Assembly (NCBI GenBank): GCA_018824305.1
Contig: JAHJGM010000059.1
Location: 51,127-115,126, forward strand
From: a bacterium
GTDB lineage: Bacteria; Campylobacterota; Campylobacteria; Campylobacterales; Sulfurimonadaceae
Length of the DNA stretch: 64,000 bases
Reading direction: 5' to 3'
In this document: positions 48,133 through 57,775 of the stretch, piece by piece
How the letters are laid out: each line of letters starts with the position of its first letter
Numbering within the stretch: position 1 is the first letter of the stretch
Notes under the pieces: model-generated
Databases searched by the model: none
What the model was told of the DNA's origin: nothing
What the model saw: only the letters and a program-made list of their open reading frames with translations
Program-made: the position numbers and the translations under genes

Positions 48133-49314
48133 TTACGTCCTATAATCCGCATTGATCTTGACATACTCATATCCGAGATCACATCCGTATGCAGTGAAAC
48201 ACCCTTTGCCAACACCTAAGTCACAACTAATTGTGAACGCAGGCAGTTTCATGATCGCTGCTGCTTCTACTTCCATCTCTTTGTTAAAAAAGATCTCGCC
48301 TTTGTCATAAACACAAAGATCGTTGAAAGAGACTTTTAGAGTTTCTTCTTTACATGTAACACCGCTTGCTCCGACAGTAGAGGCGATACGTCCCCAGTTT
48401 GGATCTTCTCCGTAAAGTGCAGTCTTGACCAAAAGCGAATCACTGAGCGCTTTTGCTACTTTTTCAGCTTCTTTATCATTTTTTGCGCCTGTTACGTTAT
48501 ATGTCACAAGTTTAGTAGCACCCTCGCCGTCTCTTACCATCTCTTTTGCCAAGAACAGCATGATCTCGTGAAGTGCTTCTTTGAATGCTTCTTTGTTGTA
48601 AACACCGCTTTTTTTGTTTGCAAAAAGCATCACGGTGTCGTTGGTCGAAGTATCTCCATCCACACTTGCCGCATTAAAAGTCGTTTTTACTGTTTTATCG
48701 AGTATCTTCTGCATCTTTTTTTTGCTTACATCAGCATCTGTCGTGATGAAACAAAGCATCGTCGCCATCGCAGGATTTATCATCCCAGCACCCTTTGCCA
48801 TCGCACCGATATGAAACTTGCTTCCATCTTCCAAAACTACTTCAAATGCGATAGTCTTAGAAAAACTGTCCGTCGTCATGATCGCTTTGCTTGCGTTTAC
48901 GGGTTCTCTTTTTGTGATGTCAAACTTTGTCGTACCTGCGATGATCTTCTCTTTTGGTATTCTCACGCCAATAACGCCAGTTGAGCTCATCACCGGGTTT
49001 ACAAGCCCCTCGATCTCTATGGAAGAAAGTATCTCATCTATGTCAGAGACTCCTTTGCTTCCCGTCATCGCGTTTGCATTTCTAGAGTTGATGACCAAAA
49101 AATTCGTTTTAAAATCACCCTTCTTTTTAAAGTGTTTTATAGGCGCTGCCGCCATTTTGTTCGTTGTAAATGTAGACGCGATCTCACACAATGTGTCACT
49201 ATAAATAAAAGCCATATCCAAAGCATCGTTTGCTTTTAGACCAGCATGGATTCCATCGGCATAAAAGCCATCAGCTGCACAAACACCACTATCAATTCTA
49301 TTTAATTTATACAT
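48133..49314 (-). CDS. argJ: Bifunctional ornithine acetyltransferase / N-acetylglutamate synthase
   Basis: 393 aa. Autoproteolytic site context (PAMATMLCFITTDA) and the conserved GEDPNWGRI block. Confidence 0.93.
   Translation of the reverse strand: MYKLNRIDSGVCAADGFYADGIHAGLKANDALDMAFIYSDTLCEIASTFTTNKMAAAPIKHFKKKGDFKTNFLVINSRNANAMTGSKGVSDIDEILSSIEIEGLVNPVMSSTGVIGVRIPKEKIIAGTTKFDITKREPVNASKAIMTTDSFSKTIAFEVVLEDGSKFHIGAMAKGAGMINPAMATMLCFITTDADVSKKKMQKILDKTVKTTFNAASVDGDTSTNDTVMLFANKKSGVYNKEAFKEALHEIMLFLAKEMVRDGEGATKLVTYNVTGAKNDKEAEKVAKALSDSLLVKTALYGEDPNWGRIASTVGASGVTCKEETLKVSFNDLCVYDKGEIFFNKEMEVEAAAIMKLPAFTISCDLGVGKGCFTAYGCDLGYEYVKINADYRT
48350..48359. repeat. TTACATGTAA iterated palindrome, perfect copy 11
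   Basis: Inside argJ (minus strand), read as V-T-C-K. Confidence 0.9.
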
Positions 49315-50437
49315 ATTTTAATTCCTCCGGCTTTTTACGCTTCATTACTATATCTTTTGTCATTGTGATACCGTGTTGAGTTCCGATCACAAGCAGACTG
49401 CACTCGCTTGTTATGAGGACATCGCCTTTTGGCATCGTCACAAATTTTCCATCTTTTTTCGTTATACCCACGACTGAAACGTTGGCTATCTCTCTTAAAT
49501 GCGACTCTCTCAGTTTTTTCAGTACCATCCAACTGAATTTCGGGACATATATCTGTTCCATATCAAGCGGAGTATCGTTCCTATATAAGAACTCTTCGAG
49601 CAGGTTTTCCATATCAGGACGAGCCGCCATTGTACTGACACGCTGAGCCGTTAGTTTTGTCGGAGAAACAACGGTATCGGCTCCCAGTTTTTTCAGCTTT
49701 TCAACATCGCTCATGCTCTCTGCAGAACTGATGATGTAATATGGACGAGGAAGGTTATGTTCTTTCTCAAACAGCCTCACAGATGCGATGATCGCGATGT
49801 TGTCGGCAATGTTATCAGAAAGAGTGATGATCCCTTTTCCCGATGAAAGGTGTGCCTTGAGCATAGCAACTTCCGTATGCGGTTCAGCTTGTAAATAGTA
49901 TGGATATTTATATTTTTTTGCCAACTCATCCATATCCTCTCTGTGGTCTACCACAACAAAAGGTATATGATTTTTACGAAGCTGTTTTGTGACCTCTATA
50001 CTGTAATCATTATGGAAACATACAAGAAAATGATTTTTTAAACGTGCAATCTTATATAACATACGGCGTTCCTTTAATACTTTGGAAATAACTCCCTTGT
50101 TTAACTCTGATACCAATGTACCTATTGCACTAGAGAAGACGGCAAAACCGCTGATAATAAGTGTAATAGTGAATATACGTCCGGCTTGTGATATTGGAAA
50201 TATCTCTCCGTATCCGACAGTTGTAAATGTTATACCGGTTTGATAGATCGCATCCATTAACGGAAAATCATCGATCAGCATATAGCCGAATGTTCCGATC
50301 AACATTATAAGTACGGTCAAAATTAGAGGTAGGCGGAATGGTTTGAGGTGCCCATAAAGCTCCGGGAGGAGCTTTACATCAGGCTTTGGAGGTGTCTCCC
50401 AATGGATAAACTTACGAATCCTAGCAAAAAGATTCAA
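49307..50437 (-). CDS. Potassium channel protein with RCK (TrkA-N/TrkA-C) domains
   Basis: 376 aa. Two TM helices plus a pore loop with selectivity filter TTVGYGE, followed by a cytoplasmic RCK-like domain. 8-nt overlap with argJ. Confidence 0.8.
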   Translation of the reverse strand: MNLFARIRKFIHWETPPKPDVKLLPELYGHLKPFRLPLILTVLIMLIGTFGYMLIDDFPLMDAIYQTGITFTTVGYGEIFPISQAGRIFTITLIISGFAVFSSAIGTLVSELNKGVISKVLKERRMLYKIARLKNHFLVCFHNDYSIEVTKQLRKNHIPFVVVDHREDMDELAKKYKYPYYLQAEPHTEVAMLKAHLSSGKGIITLSDNIADNIAIIASVRLFEKEHNLPRPYYIISSAESMSDVEKLKKLGADTVVSPTKLTAQRVSTMAARPDMENLLEEFLYRNDTPLDMEQIYVPKFSWMVLKKLRESHLREIANVSVVGITKKDGKFVTMPKGDVLITSECSLLVIGTQHGITMTKDIVMKRKKPEELKYV

Positions 50438-50453
50438 TACATATCCCTACGTG

Positions 50454-50642
50454 TTACGAGTTTTTCTTAAGTGTGCGAAGCTCTTTTGCAGAAATTTTAA
50501 GTTTTTTCGTTGTACCATCTTCCAATGTTACACGAACGACTCTCAAGTTTGGTAAAAAACGACGTTTAGTTCTGTTTTTTGCATGAGAAACATTATTTCC
50601 ACTCATTGGGCCTTTACCACTAATAGCACATCTTCTTGCCAT
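50454..50642 (-). CDS. rpmB: 50S ribosomal protein L28
   Basis: 62 aa. [33 protein letters not shown] is the canonical L28 sequence. Confidence 0.95.
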   Translation of the reverse strand: MARRCAISGKGPMSGNNVSHAKNRTKRRFLPNLRVVRVTLEDGTTKKLKISAKELRTLKKNS

Positions 50643-50806
50643 ATCTAGGCTCCCTTGTACAAAAATTTAAGTTGCGGATTATAGCAAATAAAAACAAAAG
50701 TGCAACTTAAGCTGATAATTAAATTGCATTTATTTCTATATTTAATTATCTATTAAACTCTAAAGAGATAAAATCATCAATAACTAACTCACCGATTGGA
50801 ACAAAA

Positions 50807-51613
50807 ATGGTTACTACCGAAGATATTAAAGATTATATCAAAAAGATCCCGCCTCCGCCAGATATACTTTATAAGACTGTTGCCTGTGTCAATTCAGGAG
50901 ATCTAGTCAAAGCAGCCAAAATCGCTGAACAGGACTTAGCACTTAAATCATATCTTAAAAATCTTGTGAACAAACCTATATATGGATTTAGAAACGAAGT
51001 CAATGAAATATCTCAGATCTTTGGGATCCTTGGTGTAAATGCAGCAAAACAATCACTTTATAACTATATGCTTTCTCTTCTTTCACCTAAAAAATGGGTT
51101 TTATTTAAAATGAACCAAGTTCTTTTTTATGATCTTCAAGCTGATCTTAGCAGGAAATGGCATGATATTCTGGTTCATCTGAAAATAGATGACAAAGATA
51201 TTGAAAGTGCCATAACACTTTTACCATCAAGCATTATCGTATGTGAAGCACTCTTTAAGGATCACATCGAAAACGTCAGACTGCTCAAAGCTACAAAAGA
51301 TCTGGATTACAACACTATCTTAAAAAGACTTGCTCAATTAGATCTATTTGATATATGTAAACACATCGCCAAAACTTGGGATCTGCCAGATACCATAGGC
51401 AATATCGTACTTGCTGCCTCCGGAGTCAAAGAGGAAAGTGATCCAAAAATAAACCTTCTAGGAAAATGGATGCACCTGCTCCTTTTTTATGAACTGTCAC
51501 AACCAAATTTCGTAGAAGCCGGGTTAAATAACTTTATCGAGTTTAATGTTGAATATGTAAGCGATATTTATGAAGATTTTATGCAATTAATGAATATGGA
51601 AGTGGGACTATGA
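50807..51613 (+). CDS. HDOD domain-containing signalling protein
   Basis: 268 aa. The pattern IP.PPDIL......V.......AAKIAEQD.AL..YL..LVN...YGF...V..ISQIFGILGV follows the HDOD consensus (lP.lP..........d........i..Dp.L...lL..vNS..yg....i.s...Ai..LG). By eye only. Confidence 0.6.
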   Translation: MVTTEDIKDYIKKIPPPPDILYKTVACVNSGDLVKAAKIAEQDLALKSYLKNLVNKPIYGFRNEVNEISQIFGILGVNAAKQSLYNYMLSLLSPKKWVLFKMNQVLFYDLQADLSRKWHDILVHLKIDDKDIESAITLLPSSIIVCEALFKDHIENVRLLKATKDLDYNTILKRLAQLDLFDICKHIAKTWDLPDTIGNIVLAASGVKEESDPKINLLGKWMHLLLFYELSQPNFVEAGLNNFIEFNVEYVSDIYEDFMQLMNMEVGL

Positions 51614-53004
51614 GAGCAGTTGTAAAAGATGGGATCGGGGTATTTTATCCTCAAGGTTTTTTGGACGGCAACAATGCTCCATCGTTTTTGACGGTTGAAG
51701 ATATACATGCGACAGAACAGTTAAAAGTAGATATGCTTCTGGTATCACTAAAAAAAGTGATCTTTTTCAATCTCAACGGTATTGATGTCTTTGTAAAACT
51801 GCTCCTAAGAATCCGAACAAAAAACCATATATCTGTAGGTATCTGTGACTATAATCAGAAAAAATTCGACGCTATTTTGACATACTACAAAGGAAACATC
51901 TCATTTTCATTATTTAAAACACAAAAAATTGCAGAGCTTTTCTCTACTTCTTATAAAAACCAAGACAAAACGGTACTCTTATATAGTGAAGACCCGTCTC
52001 AACGTTCCGCGCTTGCGATCGAACTTTATGACCGCGGACACAACCCGATAATCGCACAGACAAAAGAAGATTTTGAAGCAAAGTCCGTAAATCCCGATGC
52101 ATACTATGACATAATAGACAACACTATGTTGGGTCTTATGGGACAAAAAATAGCTACCCGCGTCACGGGAAATGCAATTATCTACACCGTATCCGGATTT
52201 TTGGATGCCGAGATCGGAAACACGTTTAACATCGCTTATCACGCGAACTCCTTAAATGTTGGGTTCAGACTTTTTATATTTGATGCATACAAAGTCCTTT
52301 CTATGAATATACATGCGGTTAACTTTCTCTCAAAACTCTGTTCTTCTGCTGCTGAGTACAATGCGACCATATGTTTTGTGGGTATGACATTTGAAAAGAC
52401 TCCTACTGCATTTAAAGAGGACCTTGAAGATTCCGGGATGATGTTCTTTGACAATATGGATGATATTTTACAGGACAAAGAACTGTTACAAGAGCTTGGC
52501 GGAAGCAGTGCCGCTTCAACTAAGCACAAGCGTTCACTTACAAAAATAGTCGTCCAGGAACTCCCTGATTTTATTGAAGCTACTGTTTCTACAATAGGGA
52601 TGATGACAAATGCCACTGCAGTAAAAAAATCTGCAGAGATCCAAAAGCTTTTTATAGATGATATGCAGACCAAAATGGCAAGTTCTATCGGTTTTTATGG
52701 GGATATTGACGGTATGATCATCCTTATATTTCAAAAAGAGGTCGCTAAGAAGAGTTGTGCTTTGCTGATCGGTGAAGAGACCGATGATGTCAATCAGATA
52801 CTAGATGCTCTTGCCGAGTTTGTCAATATCATCGGAGGACGTGCAAAAACTTTGCTCTCGGAGAAACGTATCAGTATCGACATCACGCTTCCGAGGACTT
52901 ATGACAATGTTGCGAATCTTTTAGAAGTAGTCGATAGTAAAAAAGGGGTGCAGGTCGATATGAGTTTTAACAACGCCAGCTTCACTTTTTTCCTGACACG
53001 ATAA
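51610..53004 (+). CDS. Multi-domain signalling protein: STAS-like N-terminus, central region, C-terminal CheX/CheC-like phosphatase domain
   Basis: 464 aa. The C-terminal ~150 aa resemble CheX (ALAEFVNIIGGRAKTLL carries the ExxN motif of the CheX ELGNM site; IDITLPRT parallels VDITPPTV). The N-terminus (G.GVFYPQGFLDGNNA...VSLKKVIFFNLNGIDVFVKLL) and a second segment (IYTVSGFLDAEIGN...) look STAS-like. ATGA overlap with the HDOD gene. Confidence 0.55.
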   Translation: MRAVVKDGIGVFYPQGFLDGNNAPSFLTVEDIHATEQLKVDMLLVSLKKVIFFNLNGIDVFVKLLLRIRTKNHISVGICDYNQKKFDAILTYYKGNISFSLFKTQKIAELFSTSYKNQDKTVLLYSEDPSQRSALAIELYDRGHNPIIAQTKEDFEAKSVNPDAYYDIIDNTMLGLMGQKIATRVTGNAIIYTVSGFLDAEIGNTFNIAYHANSLNVGFRLFIFDAYKVLSMNIHAVNFLSKLCSSAAEYNATICFVGMTFEKTPTAFKEDLEDSGMMFFDNMDDILQDKELLQELGGSSAASTKHKRSLTKIVVQELPDFIEATVSTIGMMTNATAVKKSAEIQKLFIDDMQTKMASSIGFYGDIDGMIILIFQKEVAKKSCALLIGEETDDVNQILDALAEFVNIIGGRAKTLLSEKRISIDITLPRTYDNVANLLEVVDSKKGVQVDMSFNNASFTFFLTR

Positions 53005-53076
53005 TCATGAAAAAGAACCTAAGCTTTTAAAACAAAGAGTTTTGGTAAAATTTCGAAAAAATAAAAAAGGCAATTT

Positions 53077-53718
53077 ATGCTCGTAGCTCCTAGTGTATTA
53101 TCCGCGGACTTTGGTAACTTGGCAAATGATGTAAAAGCGATCTGTGACGCGGGATGTGATCTGGTTCACGTTGACGTGATGGACGGACACTTCGTTCCAA
53201 ACTTGACTATCGGACCTGTTGTGGTCTCAGCGATCGCAAAAGCAGCTACAAAACCACTTGATATACACCTGATGGTCCAAAACAATACATTTTTCGTAGA
53301 ACTTTTTGCGCCTTTAAAACCCGAATATATCTCTTTTCATATAGAAGAGGAAAAACATCCTCACAGACTCATCCAAAAGATACGTTCACTTGGCATAAAA
53401 CCGGGGATCGTTTTAAATCCACATACTCCGCCTGAAGCAATAGAGTACATCTTAGAAGATCTTGATATGGTTTTGGTGATGAGTGTAAATCCGGGATTTG
53501 GCGGACAAAGTTTTATACCTAATGTCGTTAAGAAAATCAAACGCTTAAAAGAGCTTCGCGATGCCATCAATCCGAACTGTCTTATAGAGATCGACGGAGG
53601 CGTAACGGATAAAAATGTTGAGATGCTTCGTGATGCAGGTGTTGATATCTGTGTTGCAGGAAGTTATGTATTTAAACATGACTCATATAAAGAAGCGATA
53701 GATAGTCTGCATATATGA
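53077..53718 (+). CDS. rpe: Ribulose-phosphate 3-epimerase
   Basis: 213 aa. APS.LSADF, HVDVMDGHFVPN, and the VMSVNPGFGGQ and DGG motifs. Confidence 0.93.
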   Translation: MLVAPSVLSADFGNLANDVKAICDAGCDLVHVDVMDGHFVPNLTIGPVVVSAIAKAATKPLDIHLMVQNNTFFVELFAPLKPEYISFHIEEEKHPHRLIQKIRSLGIKPGIVLNPHTPPEAIEYILEDLDMVLVMSVNPGFGGQSFIPNVVKKIKRLKELRDAINPNCLIEIDGGVTDKNVEMLRDAGVDICVAGSYVFKHDSYKEAIDSLHI

Positions 53719-54299
53719 GAACAAAAATCTGTGGAATAACCTCTTATGAAGATGCGACGGCAGCCATAGATGCAGGTGCAGATGCTTTGGGATTTGTTTT
53801 TTATAATGAATCGCCCCGCTACATAAACAAAGAGGATGCAAAAGAGATCATTAAAAAGCTCCCTCCATTTGTAGAGAAAGTCGCTCTATTTGTCAATGAA
53901 GATGCTAGAACGATTGATGAAATCTGTTCATACACAGGCTGTACATTGGCACAGATCCATTTTGAAGCCGATGCCGAACTTTATACTTCACTAAAAACTC
54001 CACATGTAAAAGTCGTACGCGCACAAAAAAAAGAGGATCTGCTAAGATACAGTGATGAGTACAGGCTCGTCGATGCTTACTGTGAAAGCTACGGCGGAGC
54101 AGGTAAAAGAATAAATATCGAATGGTTTGAAGATATCGACTGTTCCAAGATCATCCTTGCCGGAGGATTGGATCCGATGAATGTATCGGAAGTTAAAAAA
54201 TATGGCTTTTACGGAGTTGACGTAAGCAGCGGCGTTGAAAAAAGCAAAGGTAAAAAAGACTATACAAAAGTAAGTGAGTTTATAAAAAATGCTAAGTGA
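53715..54299 (+). CDS. trpF: N-(5'-phosphoribosyl)anthranilate isomerase
   Basis: 194 aa. KICGIT N-terminus, GADALGFVF and LAGGL motifs of TrpF. Confidence 0.85.
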   Translation: MRTKICGITSYEDATAAIDAGADALGFVFYNESPRYINKEDAKEIIKKLPPFVEKVALFVNEDARTIDEICSYTGCTLAQIHFEADAELYTSLKTPHVKVVRAQKKEDLLRYSDEYRLVDAYCESYGGAGKRINIEWFEDIDCSKIILAGGLDPMNVSEVKKYGFYGVDVSSGVEKSKGKKDYTKVSEFIKNAK

Positions 54300-55086
54300 C
54301 TTTGTACTCGATAAAAAAAGTCTGTCAAAACTCTCTACAAGCGGTCTTGCCTATGAGAGCATAAAATCTCAAACAGGTTCTGAAGATATAGATTTTACAC
54401 TAGAACTATGGCGTGCTCAGGGACTTGATATTGTAAGAGATAAAGCTTTATACTATTACGCTACAAAGTTCATCCCCATTAAAGATGCCGTTTTTTGTAT
54501 AGTCGATGTCGAGACAAACGGCTCAAAGACGGATAAGCATCAGATCATTGAGATAGGTGCAGTGAAAGTCTGTAACGGAGAGATCATAGCCACTTACGAG
54601 AGCTTAGTGCATTGTGTAGACATCAACAAACATATCACAGATATCACGGGTATCAGTGTAGAAGACACGAAGAACGCACCGCCGCTAAAACAGGTAATGC
54701 AAGAGTTTAGAGTTTTTTTGGCAGACAGTGTCTTTGTGGCACATGATGTAAAGTTTGACTTTAAATTCATCTCTTCAATGATGGAAAAAATCGGGTTAAG
54801 TCCTATTTTAAACAGACATCTGTGCAGTATAAATCTAGCTGAAAGGACAATAGAGTCCTATAGATACGGTCTCTCTTATCTAAACGACCTATTAAAACTT
54901 CATGAAGATGCTACGCATCACAGAGCATTATCAGATGCAATAACAACAGCAAGACTCTTTATAAAGTCTCTTGGTTTACTTGATGAGAATGTAGTAACGG
55001 TTGAGGACTTGATAAATTTTTCTAAAAATGAGAGAAGATTGAAAAGACCGAAGTTCGATCCTCTTTTAAAAGATGAAGAGGAGTAA
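54289..55086 (+). CDS. DEDDh 3'-5' exonuclease (DNA polymerase III epsilon / DnaQ-like) with about 65-aa N-terminal extension
   Basis: 265 aa. Exo I (VDVETNG), Exo II (VAHDVKFDFKF) and Exo III (HRALSDA) motifs. Confidence 0.8.
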   Translation: MLSDFVLDKKSLSKLSTSGLAYESIKSQTGSEDIDFTLELWRAQGLDIVRDKALYYYATKFIPIKDAVFCIVDVETNGSKTDKHQIIEIGAVKVCNGEIIATYESLVHCVDINKHITDITGISVEDTKNAPPLKQVMQEFRVFLADSVFVAHDVKFDFKFISSMMEKIGLSPILNRHLCSINLAERTIESYRYGLSYLNDLLKLHEDATHHRALSDAITTARLFIKSLGLLDENVVTVEDLINFSKNERRLKRPKFDPLLKDEEE

Positions 55087-55089
55087 AAA

Positions 55090-56025
55090 TTACTCCGAAA
55101 ACTCACCTATGCTGACAAGTCTTTCATAACGTTGCTGCATTCTGTCTTCATCTGAAAGTTTACGCAACTCTTTTAATTGATTTAAAAAGTAGTTGCCAAG
55201 AGCGTTCGCTGCCCCCTCTTTATCACGATGAGCACCGATCATAGGTTCATCGATAACATCATCTATAAGATTCAACTCTTTTAAGTCTTCACTCGTGATC
55301 TTAAGAGCTTTTGTCGCAGTCTCTACTTTTGTAGGATCATTCCAAAGAATTGCAGAACAACCCTCAGGGGAGATAACACTAAATATAGAGTAACGCATCA
55401 TTGCAAGTCTGTCTGCAACACCGATAGCGAGTGCTCCGCCGCTTCCGCCCTCACCTATGACTACAGATACCGTCTGTGTGTTCAGTTTAGAAAGTTCTAA
55501 AAGGTTTCTAGCGATCGCTTCACTTTGATTTCTCTCTTCAGCACCAAGACCAGGGTATGCACCCGGAGTGTCTATAAGCATCAAAACAGGAATATGAAAC
55601 TTCTCTGCCATCTGTGCAGCACGAAGAGCTTTACGATACCCCTCAGGATTTGGCATACCAAAATTGCGTTTTAACTTATTTTTTGTCCCGCGCCCTTTTT
55701 GCTCACCGATAACCATGACTTTTTCTTCACCGATGTAGCCAAGGTAACAGACAATAGCAGGATCATCTCTAAAATGACGATCTCCGTGGATTTCATACAT
55801 ATCACGCATCAAAATATTGATATAATCAAGTGCATACGGACGATCTTGATGACGAGCAAGTTGTAGTTTTTGAAAAGGAGAAAGATTTTTATAAGTCTTT
55901 GAAACTTCTTTGTCTAAATCTTTTTTTAAAATTTTTACAGCGTGGTCGTCACGACGCACTTCTGCAGAAACTATCTCCTCTTGTATCTGTTTAATTTTTT
56001 GTTCAAAATCAAGATATGTTGCCAA
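55090..56025 (-). CDS. accA: Acetyl-CoA carboxylase carboxyltransferase subunit alpha
   Basis: 311 aa. Conserved AccA blocks ([28 protein letters not shown]). Confidence 0.95.
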   Translation of the reverse strand: MATYLDFEQKIKQIQEEIVSAEVRRDDHAVKILKKDLDKEVSKTYKNLSPFQKLQLARHQDRPYALDYINILMRDMYEIHGDRHFRDDPAIVCYLGYIGEEKVMVIGEQKGRGTKNKLKRNFGMPNPEGYRKALRAAQMAEKFHIPVLMLIDTPGAYPGLGAEERNQSEAIARNLLELSKLNTQTVSVVIGEGGSGGALAIGVADRLAMMRYSIFSVISPEGCSAILWNDPTKVETATKALKITSEDLKELNLIDDVIDEPMIGAHRDKEGAANALGNYFLNQLKELRKLSDEDRMQQRYERLVSIGEFSE

Positions 56026-56034
56026 AAAGAGTCC

Positions 56035-57252
56035 TTAGATTTTTTTGAAAATTACAACGCCGTTTGTCCCGCCAAAACCAAATGAGTTACTCATAACTAC
56101 GTTTAGTTCAGCCTTACGCGCTTTGTTTGGAACATAGTCCAAATCACAATTTTCATCAGGTGTTTCATAGTTAATTGTCGGAGGGATGATACCATCACGC
56201 ATTGCCATTAGACATGTAACTGCTTCGATACCCCCAGCAGCACCAAGACAGTGACCGATTTGGCCTTTGATCGAACTCATCGGTGGACAATTTTGTGCTC
56301 CGCCGAGAAGTTCTTTCAGTGCAGCCGTCTCATTTTTGTCATTGATAGGTGTACTTGTACCGTGAGCATTTACATAGTCAAGTTTCGGCTCACCTGCCAT
56401 TTTATATGCAGCTTTCATAGCGCGTAATGGGCCGTCAAGACTTGGTGTAGTGATATGACTTGCATCACCGCTTTCACCAAAACCGATGACCTCTGCGTAG
56501 ATGTGTGCACCGCGTGCTACTGCTGCCTCATACTCTTCAAGTACAAGTGCTCCTGCACCCTCACCCATAACAAAACCGTCACGACCTGCATCAAAAGGAC
56601 GAGAAGCATGTTTTGGATCTTCGTTTCTTGTAGAAAGTGCTTTCATAGCAGCAAATCCACCGACACCGGCACCGATAATAGCAGATTCTGCAGCAACGAC
56701 CAACATTCGCTCAGCACCGTTACACATAATTGTTTTACAAGCTTCACCTATTGCATGAGTACCTGCAGCACAAGCTGTAACCGATGAAAGGTTAGGACCT
56801 TTTAAATCATGTGCGATAGAGACAAATCCGCCAAGCATATTTACAAGAGCTGAGGGGATAAAGAATGGCGATATACGACGAGAACCTTTTGTTTCAATAA
56901 TAATAGAGTTTCTCTCAATAGCAGGAAGTCCGCCGATACCTGAAGCTGCAGAGATACCAAAACGCTCATGGTCAATATCTCCAGAAAACTTAGCATCTTC
57001 CATCGCTTCTTGTGCTGCTTTAAGACCTAAGTGAATAAATCTATCCGCTTTTTTAACCTCTTTAGCATCCATTACAGTAACTGGATCAAAATCTTTAACC
57101 TCACCAGCAATTTTTACAGAGTAATCACTTGGATCAAATATAGTAATAGTATCTATCCCACATTCACCGTTACACATAGCTTTAAATGAACTTTCTCTGT
57201 CATTTCCCAGTGAATTTATCATCCCTATACCAGTTACTACAACTCTTCTCAT
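56035..57252 (-). CDS. fabF: Beta-ketoacyl-ACP synthase II
   Basis: 405 aa. Active-site Cys context (SVTACAAG), HGTSTP and GHCLGAAG motifs. Confidence 0.95.
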   Translation of the reverse strand: MRRVVVTGIGMINSLGNDRESSFKAMCNGECGIDTITIFDPSDYSVKIAGEVKDFDPVTVMDAKEVKKADRFIHLGLKAAQEAMEDAKFSGDIDHERFGISAASGIGGLPAIERNSIIIETKGSRRISPFFIPSALVNMLGGFVSIAHDLKGPNLSSVTACAAGTHAIGEACKTIMCNGAERMLVVAAESAIIGAGVGGFAAMKALSTRNEDPKHASRPFDAGRDGFVMGEGAGALVLEEYEAAVARGAHIYAEVIGFGESGDASHITTPSLDGPLRAMKAAYKMAGEPKLDYVNAHGTSTPINDKNETAALKELLGGAQNCPPMSSIKGQIGHCLGAAGGIEAVTCLMAMRDGIIPPTINYETPDENCDLDYVPNKARKAELNVVMSNSFGFGGTNGVVIFKKI

Positions 57253-57349
57253 ATTTTTTAGCTCCTATATTATTTATATTCTGTAAATACTCTTAGAAAT
57301 ACTTTTTGTTTAAAATCACATCTAAAAATATATCATTGCTACATCAAAC

Positions 57350-57370
57350 ATTGAGGCTTTAAGCCTCAAT
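57350..57370 (-). terminator. Stem-loop just downstream of acpP (terminator/attenuator between acpP and fabF)
   Basis: ATTGAGGCTT-T-AAGCCTCAAT, 10-nt arms, 9 nt after the acpP stop, followed on the minus strand by GTTTGATG. A partial terminator after acpP is common in fab clusters. Confidence 0.5.
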
Positions 57371-57378
57371 CAAAGTAA

Positions 57379-57609
57379 TTATTTACTTTGGATGTAATCG
57401 ATTACATCTTTAACAGTTTGAATTTTTTCTGCTTCATCATCAGGAATTTCAATATCAAACTTCTCTTCAAGTGCCATTACTAATTCAACAACATCAAGGC
57501 TATCTGCACCTAAATCTTCAACAAATTTAGAATCCTCTTTAACTTCGTCTGGGTTAACGCTTAATTGTTCAACAACAACTTCTTTAATATCATCGATTAG
57601 TGCCATCAT
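57379..57609 (-). CDS. acpP: Acyl carrier protein
   Basis: 76 aa. LGADSLD phosphopantetheine attachment motif. Confidence 0.97.
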   Translation of the reverse strand: MMALIDDIKEVVVEQLSVNPDEVKEDSKFVEDLGADSLDVVELVMALEEKFDIEIPDDEAEKIQTVKDVIDYIQSK

Positions 57610-57775
57610 AGCTCCTATTTTTAAGTATAAAATCTTGGAATTGTAACATATTTTGCTTAAATAACTACGTAATTTATCTGATGATTTGAAGTGAAAGAGA
57701 GAATAGAATCAAACTTTAATTGATGGGTTTTAATATAAATGCCCAAAGTACGAATGGACATAAGAGCCAAGCTCC

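Noticed and set aside
48568-49204. Plus-strand ORFs of 138, 66 and 128 aa antisense to argJ
   Set aside because: argJ is unambiguous on the minus strand. The plus-strand translations are low complexity (Cys/His/Arg- or Ser/Phe-rich) and have no start signals.
52239-52673. 144-aa minus-strand ORF (plus the 66-aa ORF at 52534-52734) inside the STAS/CheX-like gene
   Set aside because: These are antisense shadow ORFs with a Ser-rich, low-complexity translation. They have no SD and no independent support.
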